This document shows, piece after piece, positions 42,610 through 52,051 of a stretch of 64,000 bases of DNA. The stretch covers positions 56,331 through 120,330 of the forward strand of contig CARFUA010000001.1 in the NCBI GenBank assembly GCA_948976265.1, in the 5' to 3' direction. Position 1 is the stretch's first letter. Every line of letters begins with the position of its first letter. The notes under the pieces are model-generated. The model was given only the letters and a program-made list of their open reading frames with translations. It searched no databases and was not told where the DNA came from. Source of the stretch: an uncultured Clostridia bacterium (lineage in GTDB: Bacteria > Bacillota > Clostridia > TANB77 > CAG-508). The translations under genes and the position numbers were made by a program.

Positions 42610-44214
42610 ATGAATTTGAAAATTGAAGAGATAAAAATAAATGGATTTGGCAACGTGAAAAATAGAAGAATCGAGTTAAAAGATGGAATTAATATTATTT
42701 ATGGAGCAAATGAATCAGGAAAATCAACGATTTTGAAATTTGTAGAGTCTGTTTTGTATGGCATATCCAAAAATAAAAATGGGAAAAACATTTCAGATTT
42801 TGACCGTTATAAACCGTGGGATGATTCCGAATTTTCAGGGAAAATCAAATATACGTTGGACAATGGGAAACAATATGAAGTTTTTCGTGATTTTAAAAAG
42901 AAAAGTCCCATCATTTATCAAGCCAATGAGGACATTTCTAAGGAATTTGAGATAGACAAAACAAAGGGAATTCGCTTTTTAGAACAACAAATTGGAATCG
43001 ATGAAATTGCATTTTGTAATACGATTATGATGAAACAACAAGAGGTAAAACTTGGAAAAGTAGAGACCAATAGTATGGTACAAAAGATTAGTAATTTGGT
43101 TTCAACAGGAGATGATAACATCTCTTTCCAAAAATCTATGGACAAGTTAAACAAGTGGCAAAACGAAAAAATCGGAACAGAGCGAACGAAACAAAAGCCG
43201 ATTAATATTGTAGATAGTAAATTAAAACAGTTATTAGATGAAAAAAGAACATTAATGGGGTATCGAGAAAATATAGTTCACCAAGATAAGCAAAAAGAAC
43301 AGATAAAATCTCAACTAGATAAATTACAACAAGAAAAAGAGAAATTAAAAAATAATAGGCAAAGTGTTAATGAAGATAAAATCAAAAATATGGAAATGCA
43401 TTTCCAATTGAAAATAGCAATGGCAGTAGCTATATTTCTCGTTATTTTGGGGGGCGTATTATTGTTGACAACAAAGAATCGATGGTTTGCATTAGCTCCA
43501 GTAATACTATTAATTGCAGATATTTTTGCGATTTTGAAAGTACGCCAAAAGCTCAATCCAAAAGATTCTGAGTTTGACTTTTCGAATATGGAGAAAAAGA
43601 TTGAGAAAATGGAAGCAGAAATAGGAGATTTACAACTAAAAAGTCACATTTTGGAAACAGAAAGAGCCAAAGTAGATGAAAAAATAGAACAGCTGGCGAG
43701 AATAGAAGAAGAATGGGCGGAGCAAAAAGAAATCAAGGATGAGCTACTTTCCTTAAATGTATCCTATAATATTGCTAAGGAATGTCTGATAAAAGCGTAT
43801 GACGAAATAAAACATAATTTGAGTCCACAGTTTGAACAGAAATTATGTGAAATAACAGCAGATTTGACAGATGGAAAATATAAAAATATCGCTGTGAGTG
43901 ATGAAAAAGGCTTGTCAATAGAAGTCGAAAATGGTGCTTATATGCCAGTAGACAGGCTAAGTATTGGAACCATTGATGAAATGTATTTGGCGTTAAGATT
44001 GAGTATTTTGGCGGAAATTTCAAAAGAAAAGTTGCCGATTTTTTTGGATGAAACGTTTGCTTTTTTTGATGAAAAGCGTTTGAAAAATATCATTTGTTAT
44101 TTGCAAGACCAGAATTATGATCATCAGATTTTGATTTTTTCTTGTAGCAATCGAGAAATAGAGGTGTTGGAACAATTAAAAATAGAATATCATTTAATAA
44201 ACCTTGAAAATTAG
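42610..44214 (+). CDS. SbcC/YhaN-like ABC-type ATPase with coiled coil and central TM helices.
   Basis: Walker [10 protein letters not shown], a coiled-coil region, two TM helices, and a C-terminal signature/Walker [11 protein letters not shown]. Confidence 0.7.
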   Translation: MNLKIEEIKINGFGNVKNRRIELKDGINIIYGANESGKSTILKFVESVLYGISKNKNGKNISDFDRYKPWDDSEFSGKIKYTLDNGKQYEVFRDFKKKSPIIYQANEDISKEFEIDKTKGIRFLEQQIGIDEIAFCNTIMMKQQEVKLGKVETNSMVQKISNLVSTGDDNISFQKSMDKLNKWQNEKIGTERTKQKPINIVDSKLKQLLDEKRTLMGYRENIVHQDKQKEQIKSQLDKLQQEKEKLKNNRQSVNEDKIKNMEMHFQLKIAMAVAIFLVILGGVLLLTTKNRWFALAPVILLIADIFAILKVRQKLNPKDSEFDFSNMEKKIEKMEAEIGDLQLKSHILETERAKVDEKIEQLARIEEEWAEQKEIKDELLSLNVSYNIAKECLIKAYDEIKHNLSPQFEQKLCEITADLTDGKYKNIAVSDEKGLSIEVENGAYMPVDRLSIGTIDEMYLALRLSILAEISKEKLPIFLDETFAFFDEKRLKNIICYLQDQNYDHQILIFSCSNREIEVLEQLKIEYHLINLEN

Positions 44215-44254
44215 AAAAAATTGGTGTATAATATCATCAGAAAGGAATGATAAA

Positions 44255-45316
44255 ATGTTTCAAAAATTAGAAGGTGTAGAAAAGCGATATGAAGAATTAA
44301 ATCAGTTGATTAGTGACCCAGAAGTGATTTCAAATCAATCGGAATGGCAAAAATTAATGAAAGAACACGGAAGTTTAGAAGATGTAGTAGAAAAATATCG
44401 AGAATATAAAAAAGTAAAACAACAAATGGAAGAAGCAAAAGAAATGCTAAATGACCCAGAACTAAAAGAATTGGCAAGCATGGATTTTGAAGAGGCAAAA
44501 GAAAACTTACCTAAAATCGAAGAAGAATTGAAATTTCTTTTAATTCCCAAAGACCCAAATGATGATAATAATGTTATTTGTGAAATCAGGTCAGGTGCTG
44601 GAGGAGAAGAAGCGGCGCTATTTGCAGGGACGCTTTTTAGAATGTATTCGATGTACGCAGAAAGAAAAAATTGGAAATTGGATATTGTAAATGAAAATGC
44701 CACAGAACTTGGTGGTTACAAAGAAATTACATTTATGATAACAGGAAAAGGCGCGTATAGTCGATTCAAATTTGAGAGTGGTGTTCATCGTGTACAACGT
44801 GTTCCAGATACCGAAAGTAGTGGAAGAATACACACTTCAACTGTAACGGTAGCCGTACTTCCAGAAGTAGAAGATGTGGAAATTGAATTAAATCCTGCGG
44901 ATATAAAAATGGAAGTATTTCGAGCATCAGGAGCAGGTGGACAGCATATTAATAAAACGTCTTCAGCAGTTAGATTGATTCATGAGCCAAGTGGGATTGT
45001 GGTTGAATGTCAAACGCAAAGGTCACAAGTGCAAAATCGAGAATATGCAATGAAAATGTTGCGTTCAAGATTATATGAAATTGAGAAGGAAAAGCAAGAT
45101 TCAGCAGTTGCCAATGAAAGAAAGAGTCAAGTTGGAACAGGAGATAGAAGTGAGAAAATTAGAACGTATAATTATCCGCAAGGACGTATTACGGACCATA
45201 GAATTGGAATGAGTATATTCCAATTTGAGAATTTTTTGAATGGTGATTTAGACGAATTAATTGACAATTTAATTGCAACGGATAGAGCAGAAAAATTAAA
45301 AGGAAATGAGGAATAA
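44255..45316 (+). CDS. prfA: Peptide chain release factor 1.
   Basis: The PxT-type anticodon motif ([14 protein letters not shown]) and the GGQ motif ([11 protein letters not shown]) are present. The RF2 SPF motif is absent. Confidence 0.88.
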   Translation: MFQKLEGVEKRYEELNQLISDPEVISNQSEWQKLMKEHGSLEDVVEKYREYKKVKQQMEEAKEMLNDPELKELASMDFEEAKENLPKIEEELKFLLIPKDPNDDNNVICEIRSGAGGEEAALFAGTLFRMYSMYAERKNWKLDIVNENATELGGYKEITFMITGKGAYSRFKFESGVHRVQRVPDTESSGRIHTSTVTVAVLPEVEDVEIELNPADIKMEVFRASGAGGQHINKTSSAVRLIHEPSGIVVECQTQRSQVQNREYAMKMLRSRLYEIEKEKQDSAVANERKSQVGTGDRSEKIRTYNYPQGRITDHRIGMSIFQFENFLNGDLDELIDNLIATDRAEKLKGNEE

Positions 45317-45320
45317 AAGG

Positions 45321-45350
45321 TAGAGGCGATAATAAATCGCCTCTATGTTT
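45321..45350. terminator. Bidirectional terminator between prfA and mecA.
   Basis: agaggcgat-aataa-atcgcctct hairpin followed by a T-tract. Confidence 0.6.
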
Positions 45351-45937
45351 CATTTATGTAGTACGTTTTCTGTTACTAATTTTCCACATTCTTTGATTTT
45401 ATGCATAATCAAATCTGAATTTTGAATGGGAGTGGCAAATTCGCTGATAACACTTGATAGAGTTGTTGCATAGGAAGGTTCCAAATTTTGTAAAATGAAG
45501 AAAAAGCAATCATTATATTGATATAATGAATTGGTTTCCGTTAGATTATCGACTAAGTTTGGTAAAGAAATGGATAAAAAGTTAGTAAAATTGCAAAAAT
45601 CATCAAAATTTGAGAACTTGTAAATAAAAGTATTGTTGGTAGCAACAATTGTTTTTCTATGAGCCTGTACGCGTGTGGATTTTAGAACTTCTTTTTCAAT
45701 TCTTGTAACAGTAATAATAAAACTACCATTGCTAAGTGCAATTGCTTCAATGGAAAGTTTGTAATTGTCAGTGATAAAGCCTACTTCACGCTCTGCTTTA
45801 TCTAACATGGTTAAAAACAAACTTTGACTTTCGATAGAATTGGACATAAAAGAATGGACATCAATATTATTTTCTTTTAAATCAGAATGATTAAATGTGA
45901 TTCGAATTCTATTTTCATTAACTTTCTCTATTTTCAT
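45350..45937 (-). CDS. mecA: Adapter protein MecA (ClpC adaptor).
   Basis: N-terminus MKIEKVNENRIRITFNHSDLKENNIDV resembles the MecA N-domain. Confidence 0.65.
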   Translation of the reverse strand: MKIEKVNENRIRITFNHSDLKENNIDVHSFMSNSIESQSLFLTMLDKAEREVGFITDNYKLSIEAIALSNGSFIITVTRIEKEVLKSTRVQAHRKTIVATNNTFIYKFSNFDDFCNFTNFLSISLPNLVDNLTETNSLYQYNDCFFFILQNLEPSYATTLSSVISEFATPIQNSDLIMHKIKECGKLVTENVLHK

Positions 45938-46016
45938 AAGGCAAACCTCCTAAACATAATTTAATTATACTACGTCTAAACAAAAAGTAAATACTAAATT
46001 TCTGGAAAAACTGGAA

Positions 46017-46235
46017 CTGTTAAAGCTTTGCTTGTTACAGTTCCAGTTGTTACTATTTGTGGATACAAATAGTAACTTCCTTAAAATAGACTGTTAAAGC
46101 TTTGCTTATTACAGTTCCAGTTGTTACTATTTGTGGATACAAATAGTAACTTCCTTAAAATAGACTGTTAAAGTTTTGCTTATTACAGTCCCAGTTGTTA
46201 GTATTTGTGGATACAAATACTAACTTTCTGATTGC
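46017..46235. repeat. Tandem array of 3 copies of a 74-bp unit, each containing an 11-bp-stem hairpin/palindrome, in the mecA-radC divergent intergenic region.
   Basis: Copies are 46017-46090, 46091-46164 (1 mismatch) and 46165-~46235 (diverged). The palindrome is gttactatttg-tggata-caaatagtaac. Copy 3 has a compensatory C-G to G-C flip. Confidence 0.85.
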
Positions 46236-46362
46236 TTCTTTTAATTATATTAAGAAATCTTGAAAAATGTACTAAAATTACTTGAAAAATTTACATTATC
46301 ACGATATAATAGATAACAATAATTCTATTTGGGGGAGAAATAAGTGAACAGAAAGGAAAAAT

Positions 46363-47043
46363 ATGGCAACCAAAATGAATTTATTACCAATGTCAGAAAG
46401 ACCATATGAAAAATTACTTACTTATGGAGAAGAGACATTAAGCAATAGTGAATTATTGGCAATTATTATAAAAACTGGAACAAAAGATACAACAGCATTA
46501 GATTTAGCAAGACAAGTGATGAATTTAAGTTTATATGGAAATCGAAATGATTTACGATTTTTGCAAGAAATTTCTATCCATGAACTGATGAAAATTAATG
46601 GAATTGGCAAAGTAAAAGCAATTGAACTAAAAGCGATTGGCGAAATTGCTAAACGAATGTCAAAACCAATTAATTTAGATAAAATCTGCATCAAAACCAA
46701 AGCGGATGTAGCCAACTTGTTAATGCAGGAAATGCGATATGAAAAAAAGGAAATATTAAAACTGATTTTATTAAACAACAAAAACATTGTACAAAAAATA
46801 ATTGATATTGCAACTGGAAAAGATAATACATTAATATTTGATATCAAACAAATTTTATCCGAACCCATTAAATTACAAATACCAAAAATTGTTCTAGTAC
46901 ATAACCATCCGAGTGGAAATTCTATGCCAAGTCAAGAAGATATCCAAGCAACGAAAAGAATCCGTCAATCTTGTGAATTGATGGGGATTCAATTATTAGA
47001 CCATATTATTATTGGGGATGGCGAATATCATAGCGCAATTTAA
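46363..47043 (+). CDS. radC: RadC-family JAB/MPN domain protein.
   Basis: C-terminal LVHNHPSGNSMPSQEDIQATKRI (JAMM motif) and an N-terminal HhH region. Confidence 0.85.
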   Translation: MATKMNLLPMSERPYEKLLTYGEETLSNSELLAIIIKTGTKDTTALDLARQVMNLSLYGNRNDLRFLQEISIHELMKINGIGKVKAIELKAIGEIAKRMSKPINLDKICIKTKADVANLLMQEMRYEKKEILKLILLNNKNIVQKIIDIATGKDNTLIFDIKQILSEPIKLQIPKIVLVHNHPSGNSMPSQEDIQATKRIRQSCELMGIQLLDHIIIGDGEYHSAI

Positions 47044-47104
47044 AGAGGAGAACAGTTGGACCAAATAAAGTCGCCTTAAATTCCAAAAGGAAAGGAATGA
47101 AAAG

Positions 47105-47920
47105 ATGAATCGAAATAAACAATCGAATATATTAGGTGGAATCATAACATTTATTATATTAATTTTATTAATCTTTCTTTCAAATGTTCAAAATGATAAA
47201 TTATCCTTTTTAGAAAGTGTAGTTAACTCAATTGTAACACCAATTCAAAGAGTATTTACTGACTTAAAATATAAAATACAAGGAAATTCAGCTTATTTTA
47301 CAAATTTAGAAAATTTGCAAGCAGAAAATAAAGAGTTGAAAGAAACAAATAGTAAATTGGAAACAGAACTACGTGAGCTAGAAAGCATAAAAGCGGACAA
47401 TGTTACGCTTCAAGAATACATGAATTTAACCAAAAAATATGCGGATTACAATACAATCCCAGCTTATATCATCAACAAAGATGTAAGCAACTACAGCAGT
47501 GATTTAGTGATTAATGTAGGAAAAGCGGATGGAGTAGAAGTAAACATGACAGTAATTGCAGATAAAGGTTTAGTGGGGCATATTATATCTGTCACAGAGC
47601 ATACAGCTAAAGTGCAAGTAATTGTAGATGCGGCTAGTACAGTAAGTTGTAATATTAGTACAACAGAACAAAGTATTATTTGCAAAGGAACCATAGAAAA
47701 AAATCAAATTTTAAGAGCGTCGTATATTCCGACAGATGCAGAATTGATTCAAGGAGATAACGTATATACTTCTGGAATCGGAGGAATTTATCGAAAAGGC
47801 ATTTTAATTGGTACAATCGAAGAAATTATAACAACTACCAATGTAATTGATCGCTATGCTACGATTAAGCCAGCTGTGGATTTTGCCACAGTCGATACAG
47901 TATTAGTAATCAACAATTAG
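47105..47920 (+). CDS. mreC: Rod shape-determining protein MreC.
   Basis: N-terminal TM helix, a coiled coil, and MreC beta-domain motifs (GLVGHIISVTEHTAKVQ). Confidence 0.85.
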   Translation: MNRNKQSNILGGIITFIILILLIFLSNVQNDKLSFLESVVNSIVTPIQRVFTDLKYKIQGNSAYFTNLENLQAENKELKETNSKLETELRELESIKADNVTLQEYMNLTKKYADYNTIPAYIINKDVSNYSSDLVINVGKADGVEVNMTVIADKGLVGHIISVTEHTAKVQVIVDAASTVSCNISTTEQSIICKGTIEKNQILRASYIPTDAELIQGDNVYTSGIGGIYRKGILIGTIEEIITTTNVIDRYATIKPAVDFATVDTVLVINN

Positions 47921-47930
47921 GAGGAAATTC

Positions 47931-48464
47931 ATGAAAAAAACAACCATAACGATTATCTTAATTTTAACATTTTTCATCCTATTTTATCTACAAGCAAATG
48001 TTTTTCAAATGTTGACAATAGCAGGAGTCATGCCGAATTTATTTGTGATATTTATTTTATTTGTAAGTTTATCATCAAATGCCACTTTGGGAATATCTTT
48101 TGGGGTAATAGGCGGATTAATGATTGATTTAGTCTACAGCAAAGCTGTGGGAATTACAGCGGTTATGTTATGTTTGGTAGGTTATTTGGGGGCTTATTTT
48201 GACCGTAATTTTTCAAAGGAAAATAAAATAACAATTATCATCATGTCTGCTTTGGCGACCATTTTATTTGAATTTGGCTATTATATACTAAATTCTGTCA
48301 TTGTAGGATTTGATTTGGAATTATTCTATTTCATAAAGATATTATTGATTGAAGTATTATATAATATCTTGCTAGTCATTCTATTTTATCCTTTGATTCA
48401 AAAAGCAGGCTACACAATGGACAGGGCATTTAAGAGAAATAATATTTTAACAAGATATTTTTAG
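47931..48464 (+). CDS. mreD: Rod shape-determining protein MreD.
   Basis: 177 aa polytopic membrane protein in the conserved position after mreC. Confidence 0.7.
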   Translation: MKKTTITIILILTFFILFYLQANVFQMLTIAGVMPNLFVIFILFVSLSSNATLGISFGVIGGLMIDLVYSKAVGITAVMLCLVGYLGAYFDRNFSKENKITIIIMSALATILFEFGYYILNSVIVGFDLELFYFIKILLIEVLYNILLVILFYPLIQKAGYTMDRAFKRNNILTRYF

Positions 48465-48486
48465 AGTTTTATAAATTGATAAGAAG

Positions 48487-50616
48487 GTGAGAGAAACGAG
48501 ATTAAATAATGAATTACAAAACTTAAATTTTAGATTTAATATGCTTTCTGTTCTTGTATATGTGATAGGCGTGATTGTATTAATCCGATTATTTGATTTG
48601 CAAATTATTAATGGACAAGAATATCGAGAAGATTCAAACACGAGATTATCTCGTGAATCGACAATAGAAGCGGCAAGAGGAAGCTTCACAGATCGTTATG
48701 GAAATGTGTTGGTCAGTACAGATATGAGTTTTTCGCTTGAAATGTATAAAACAAAAGTAGAAGATGAACAACTAAATAATTCTATTTTGTTGATGACAAC
48801 AATATTGGAAAATAACGGAGATAGTTATCTGGATACATTTCCAATTAGTATTGAGCCGTTTGAATATCATTTTGAGTCTGATGAAAAGTTGGCTCAATGG
48901 AAAAAAACTTACAAAATCCCAGAAACGGCTTCTGCGGAAGAAGCATTTTATTTGATGCGAGATAAATATAAAATTGAAACCGACGACATTAAAGATATTC
49001 GAAAAATTCTAAGCATACGATATGGAATTACGACTACTGGTTATTCAGCTACTAAATCAATTAGCATTTCAGAAAAAATATCAAGAGAGAGTGCCATTCA
49101 GTTACAAGAAAGAAGTCAGGAATTAACGGGTGTTAATATTGTAAAAGAACCAATTCGAAAATATCATACAGCAAATATGGCGTCTCATATTTTAGGATAT
49201 ATGGGAAGAATTGGCCCAAAAGATTTGGAAGAATTAGAGAAAAGTGGCGATAATTATGAATATAAAACAACCGATAAAATTGGAAAAACAGGAGCAGAAA
49301 AAGTATTCGAAGAATATCTAAGAGGCGAAGACGGTGTAAAACAAATTGACATGTCAGTAGACGGAACAATAACCGGTGAATATACTGCCAAAGAAGCCAA
49401 AGGTGGTGCAGATGTCATATTAACAATTGATTCTAATCTCCAAAAAATAACGGAAAGAGCATTGGTGACTAATATCGAAAAAATCCGAACAGGAGGTTTT
49501 TCTCAAAGATATGATACTAAAGGAGGTTCTGTTGTAGTAACCAACGTAAAAACAGGAGAAATCTTGGCAATGGCGAGTTATCCAGATTATGAACCAGAAC
49601 TGTTTTATAACGGAATCAGCAATGAAAAATATGCGGAATATGACAAAAATCCATTAACACCATTGCATAATCGAGCCATTTCTAGTCCTTATGCGCCAGG
49701 TTCAACTTTCAAAATGATAACAGCTATTGCAGCATTAGAAACAGGAGTCACCAATACAACAGAAAGAATTAATGATAGTGGTCCTTATCCAGCAGCTCAT
49801 CATCCAGCTTGTTGGTATTATAATACGTATAGAAGAGGTCATGGTCCGTTAAATGTAACGGGGGCGATTGAAAAGTCGTGTAATTATTTCTTTTATGAAG
49901 TAAGTAACCGAATGGGAATTGACAATTTAGAAAAATATGCAAGTTATTTTGGATTGGGACAAAAAACAGGCATCGAATTATATAATGAAAGAACAGGCGT
50001 TTTAGCCAATAGAAGGATTACAGAAAGCAAAGGAACTTCTTGGATGGTAGGAGATACTTTAGTTGCATCTATAGGACAAGGGTATAACAACTTTACACCA
50101 GTACAAATGGCAAAATATATTTCTATGATAGCCAATGGTGGAAAAAAGATTGATTTAAGTATTGTAAAAAATGTCATTCGAGCGGATGGAACGCAAGTGC
50201 CAGAATCAGAAATAAAAGAATTTACCAATAAAAAATTAGGAATTGAACCAAATAATACAGAAGATTTACAAATCAGCGAACAAACGATAAATGCTGTATT
50301 AGAAGGAATGAGGTCAGTAACATCCGATGAAGGCGGAACAGCACATTCTGTTTTTTCAGACTTTGATATTGTTGTAGGTGGAAAAACAGGTTCTGCTGAA
50401 ACTACAAATGGTGATGTAAATGCATGGTTCGTGGGATTTGCACCGTTTGATGACCCTGAAATTGCAGTTGTTGTAATTGTAGAAAATGGAGGACACGGTT
50501 CTTATACAGCAGAAGTTGTAAGAGAAATTATTGCAGAATATTTTGGAATGAATCTTCAGCAAATGACAGGAATAGAAGATATGTCAGCAGAAAATGAAAT
50601 GGAAAGAATTACTTAA
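48487..50616 (+). CDS. mrdA: Penicillin-binding protein 2 (elongation-specific transpeptidase).
   Basis: N-terminal TM helix, a dimerisation domain, and the transpeptidase motifs STFK (GSTFKMITAIAALE), SCN and KTGS. Confidence 0.88.
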   Translation: MRETRLNNELQNLNFRFNMLSVLVYVIGVIVLIRLFDLQIINGQEYREDSNTRLSRESTIEAARGSFTDRYGNVLVSTDMSFSLEMYKTKVEDEQLNNSILLMTTILENNGDSYLDTFPISIEPFEYHFESDEKLAQWKKTYKIPETASAEEAFYLMRDKYKIETDDIKDIRKILSIRYGITTTGYSATKSISISEKISRESAIQLQERSQELTGVNIVKEPIRKYHTANMASHILGYMGRIGPKDLEELEKSGDNYEYKTTDKIGKTGAEKVFEEYLRGEDGVKQIDMSVDGTITGEYTAKEAKGGADVILTIDSNLQKITERALVTNIEKIRTGGFSQRYDTKGGSVVVTNVKTGEILAMASYPDYEPELFYNGISNEKYAEYDKNPLTPLHNRAISSPYAPGSTFKMITAIAALETGVTNTTERINDSGPYPAAHHPACWYYNTYRRGHGPLNVTGAIEKSCNYFFYEVSNRMGIDNLEKYASYFGLGQKTGIELYNERTGVLANRRITESKGTSWMVGDTLVASIGQGYNNFTPVQMAKYISMIANGGKKIDLSIVKNVIRADGTQVPESEIKEFTNKKLGIEPNNTEDLQISEQTINAVLEGMRSVTSDEGGTAHSVFSDFDIVVGGKTGSAETTNGDVNAWFVGFAPFDDPEIAVVVIVENGGHGSYTAEVVREIIAEYFGMNLQQMTGIEDMSAENEMERIT

Positions 50617-50641
50617 AAACAGACCAAAAAAGGGAGGAACA

Positions 50642-51256
50642 ATGATGTTAAACAATGTAAGAATAAAGCAAACAACCAAAGAAATCATATTAAGTGTCAA
50701 TATGCAAACAGAAAGTCAACAGATTATTCAAGAGTTGGAAGAAAAGTTACCCAAATTAAAAGAGTTTTATCAAAACTCTAATGTACCAATGAGAGTAACG
50801 GGAAAATTATTTACCGAAGCAGATAGAAAAATCATAGAAAAAATGATTATAGAAGAAATAAAAGTAGAAGTGAAGTTTGATGAGCCATCTGACCTTTTGG
50901 GACTGCATGCTATCAAAAAAACCTTTGAAATTGATACGGAAATTTCAGAAACGAAATATATCTACAATTCAATTCGTTCTGGAATGAAAGAAGAATTTGT
51001 AGGAAGTATTGTGATTTGTGGAGATGTTCATTCTGGTGCAGAAATTGTGGCTGGAGGAAACATCATTATATTGGGTACATTGAGAGGGGTTGTACATAGT
51101 GGAGCCAATGGAAACAATAAAGCCATTATAGCAGCAAACACCATTGAAGCAACACAAATCAGAATTTCAAATTTAGTGAAAGAAGTCACAGAAAAAGAAG
51201 AAAGATGCCCTATTTTTGGTATTAAGAATGATGCGATAGAATTACTAGAAAATTAA
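50642..51256 (+). CDS. minC: Septum site-determining protein MinC.
   Basis: C-terminal beta-helix repeats ICGDVHSGAEIVAGGNIIILGTLRGVVHSGANG. No minD or minE follows in this window. Confidence 0.8.
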   Translation: MMLNNVRIKQTTKEIILSVNMQTESQQIIQELEEKLPKLKEFYQNSNVPMRVTGKLFTEADRKIIEKMIIEEIKVEVKFDEPSDLLGLHAIKKTFEIDTEISETKYIYNSIRSGMKEEFVGSIVICGDVHSGAEIVAGGNIIILGTLRGVVHSGANGNNKAIIAANTIEATQIRISNLVKEVTEKEERCPIFGIKNDAIELLEN

Positions 51257-51625
51257 CAAAAATAAGATAAGCAATAAAATGAAATCATAATTTGTGTCTT
51301 TCAAAAATTGAAAAGCGTGTTTTTCATCCAAAGAATCTAGAACAGATAAAAGATTTGCAATCTTGACATACTGTTCTAGTTTTTCTTTTTTGGTATCTTC
51401 TAAATAAGGTTTCAGAGAGTGCAATAACTGATTCCTTGGATTATTTTTCTGATTCATACTACTCATGATATTTTTTATTTTTAAAATGGTATTAATATCA
51501 AATGAGAAGTCATCTGTATTTTCATTAGGCGGATTAGAACCGCCTAATATGTTATTTAAGTCAATATCTTTTTCCTTTAAAATATCGGAAAAATTATTTA
51601 AAATATTAGAAAAATCTTCATTCAT
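51245..51625 (-). CDS. Hypothetical protein.
   Basis: 126 aa ORF. Confidence 0.4.
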   Translation of the reverse strand: MNEDFSNILNNFSDILKEKDIDLNNILGGSNPPNENTDDFSFDINTILKIKNIMSSMNQKNNPRNQLLHSLKPYLEDTKKEKLEQYVKIANLLSVLDSLDEKHAFQFLKDTNYDFILLLILFLLIF

Positions 51626-52051
51626 ACTCTACTCCTGTTTATCAATATTGTTTTTTATATCAGAATTATTCAAAATTTGTTGAGCACGATATAAATTTTT
51701 TTCTAATTCAGTTTTATCCATTTTTGAGAGAACAGAGAGTAATTTGTTAATATCCATGTTATTATTCAATAAAAACGCCTCCTTTAATTAAGAAATCTTT
51801 ATACAGTATATGCAATATTTCCAAAAAAGGAACCACTTTTTCACAAAAAGCCTGTGGATAAAGTGTGTAACTAAAATGTAACACAAATTTAATATAAACT
51901 TAATATTCTTTGCAAACCTATATTTTCCGTAAAAAAAGTTACCTGAAAAAGCTTAGAAAATAGCTGTATCTGGTAAGTTTTGTTATTTACAAAATGCTAA
52001 AATTACTTTAATATAATAGTTAACATAGAAAACAAAGAAAGAAGGAGAGTT

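Noticed and set aside
44255-45316. Release factor 2 with a programmed +1 frameshift (the classic bacterial +1 PRF).
   Set aside because: The protein has the RF1-type PxT (PDT) motif and a GGQ motif, and no SPF. There is no internal in-frame UGA. This is prfA, not prfB.
46017-46235. Possible CRISPR array (regularly spaced palindromic repeats).
   Set aside because: The entire 74-bp unit, including the would-be spacer, is repeated nearly identically, and only 3 copies exist. That is a tandem repeat, not repeat plus unique spacers.
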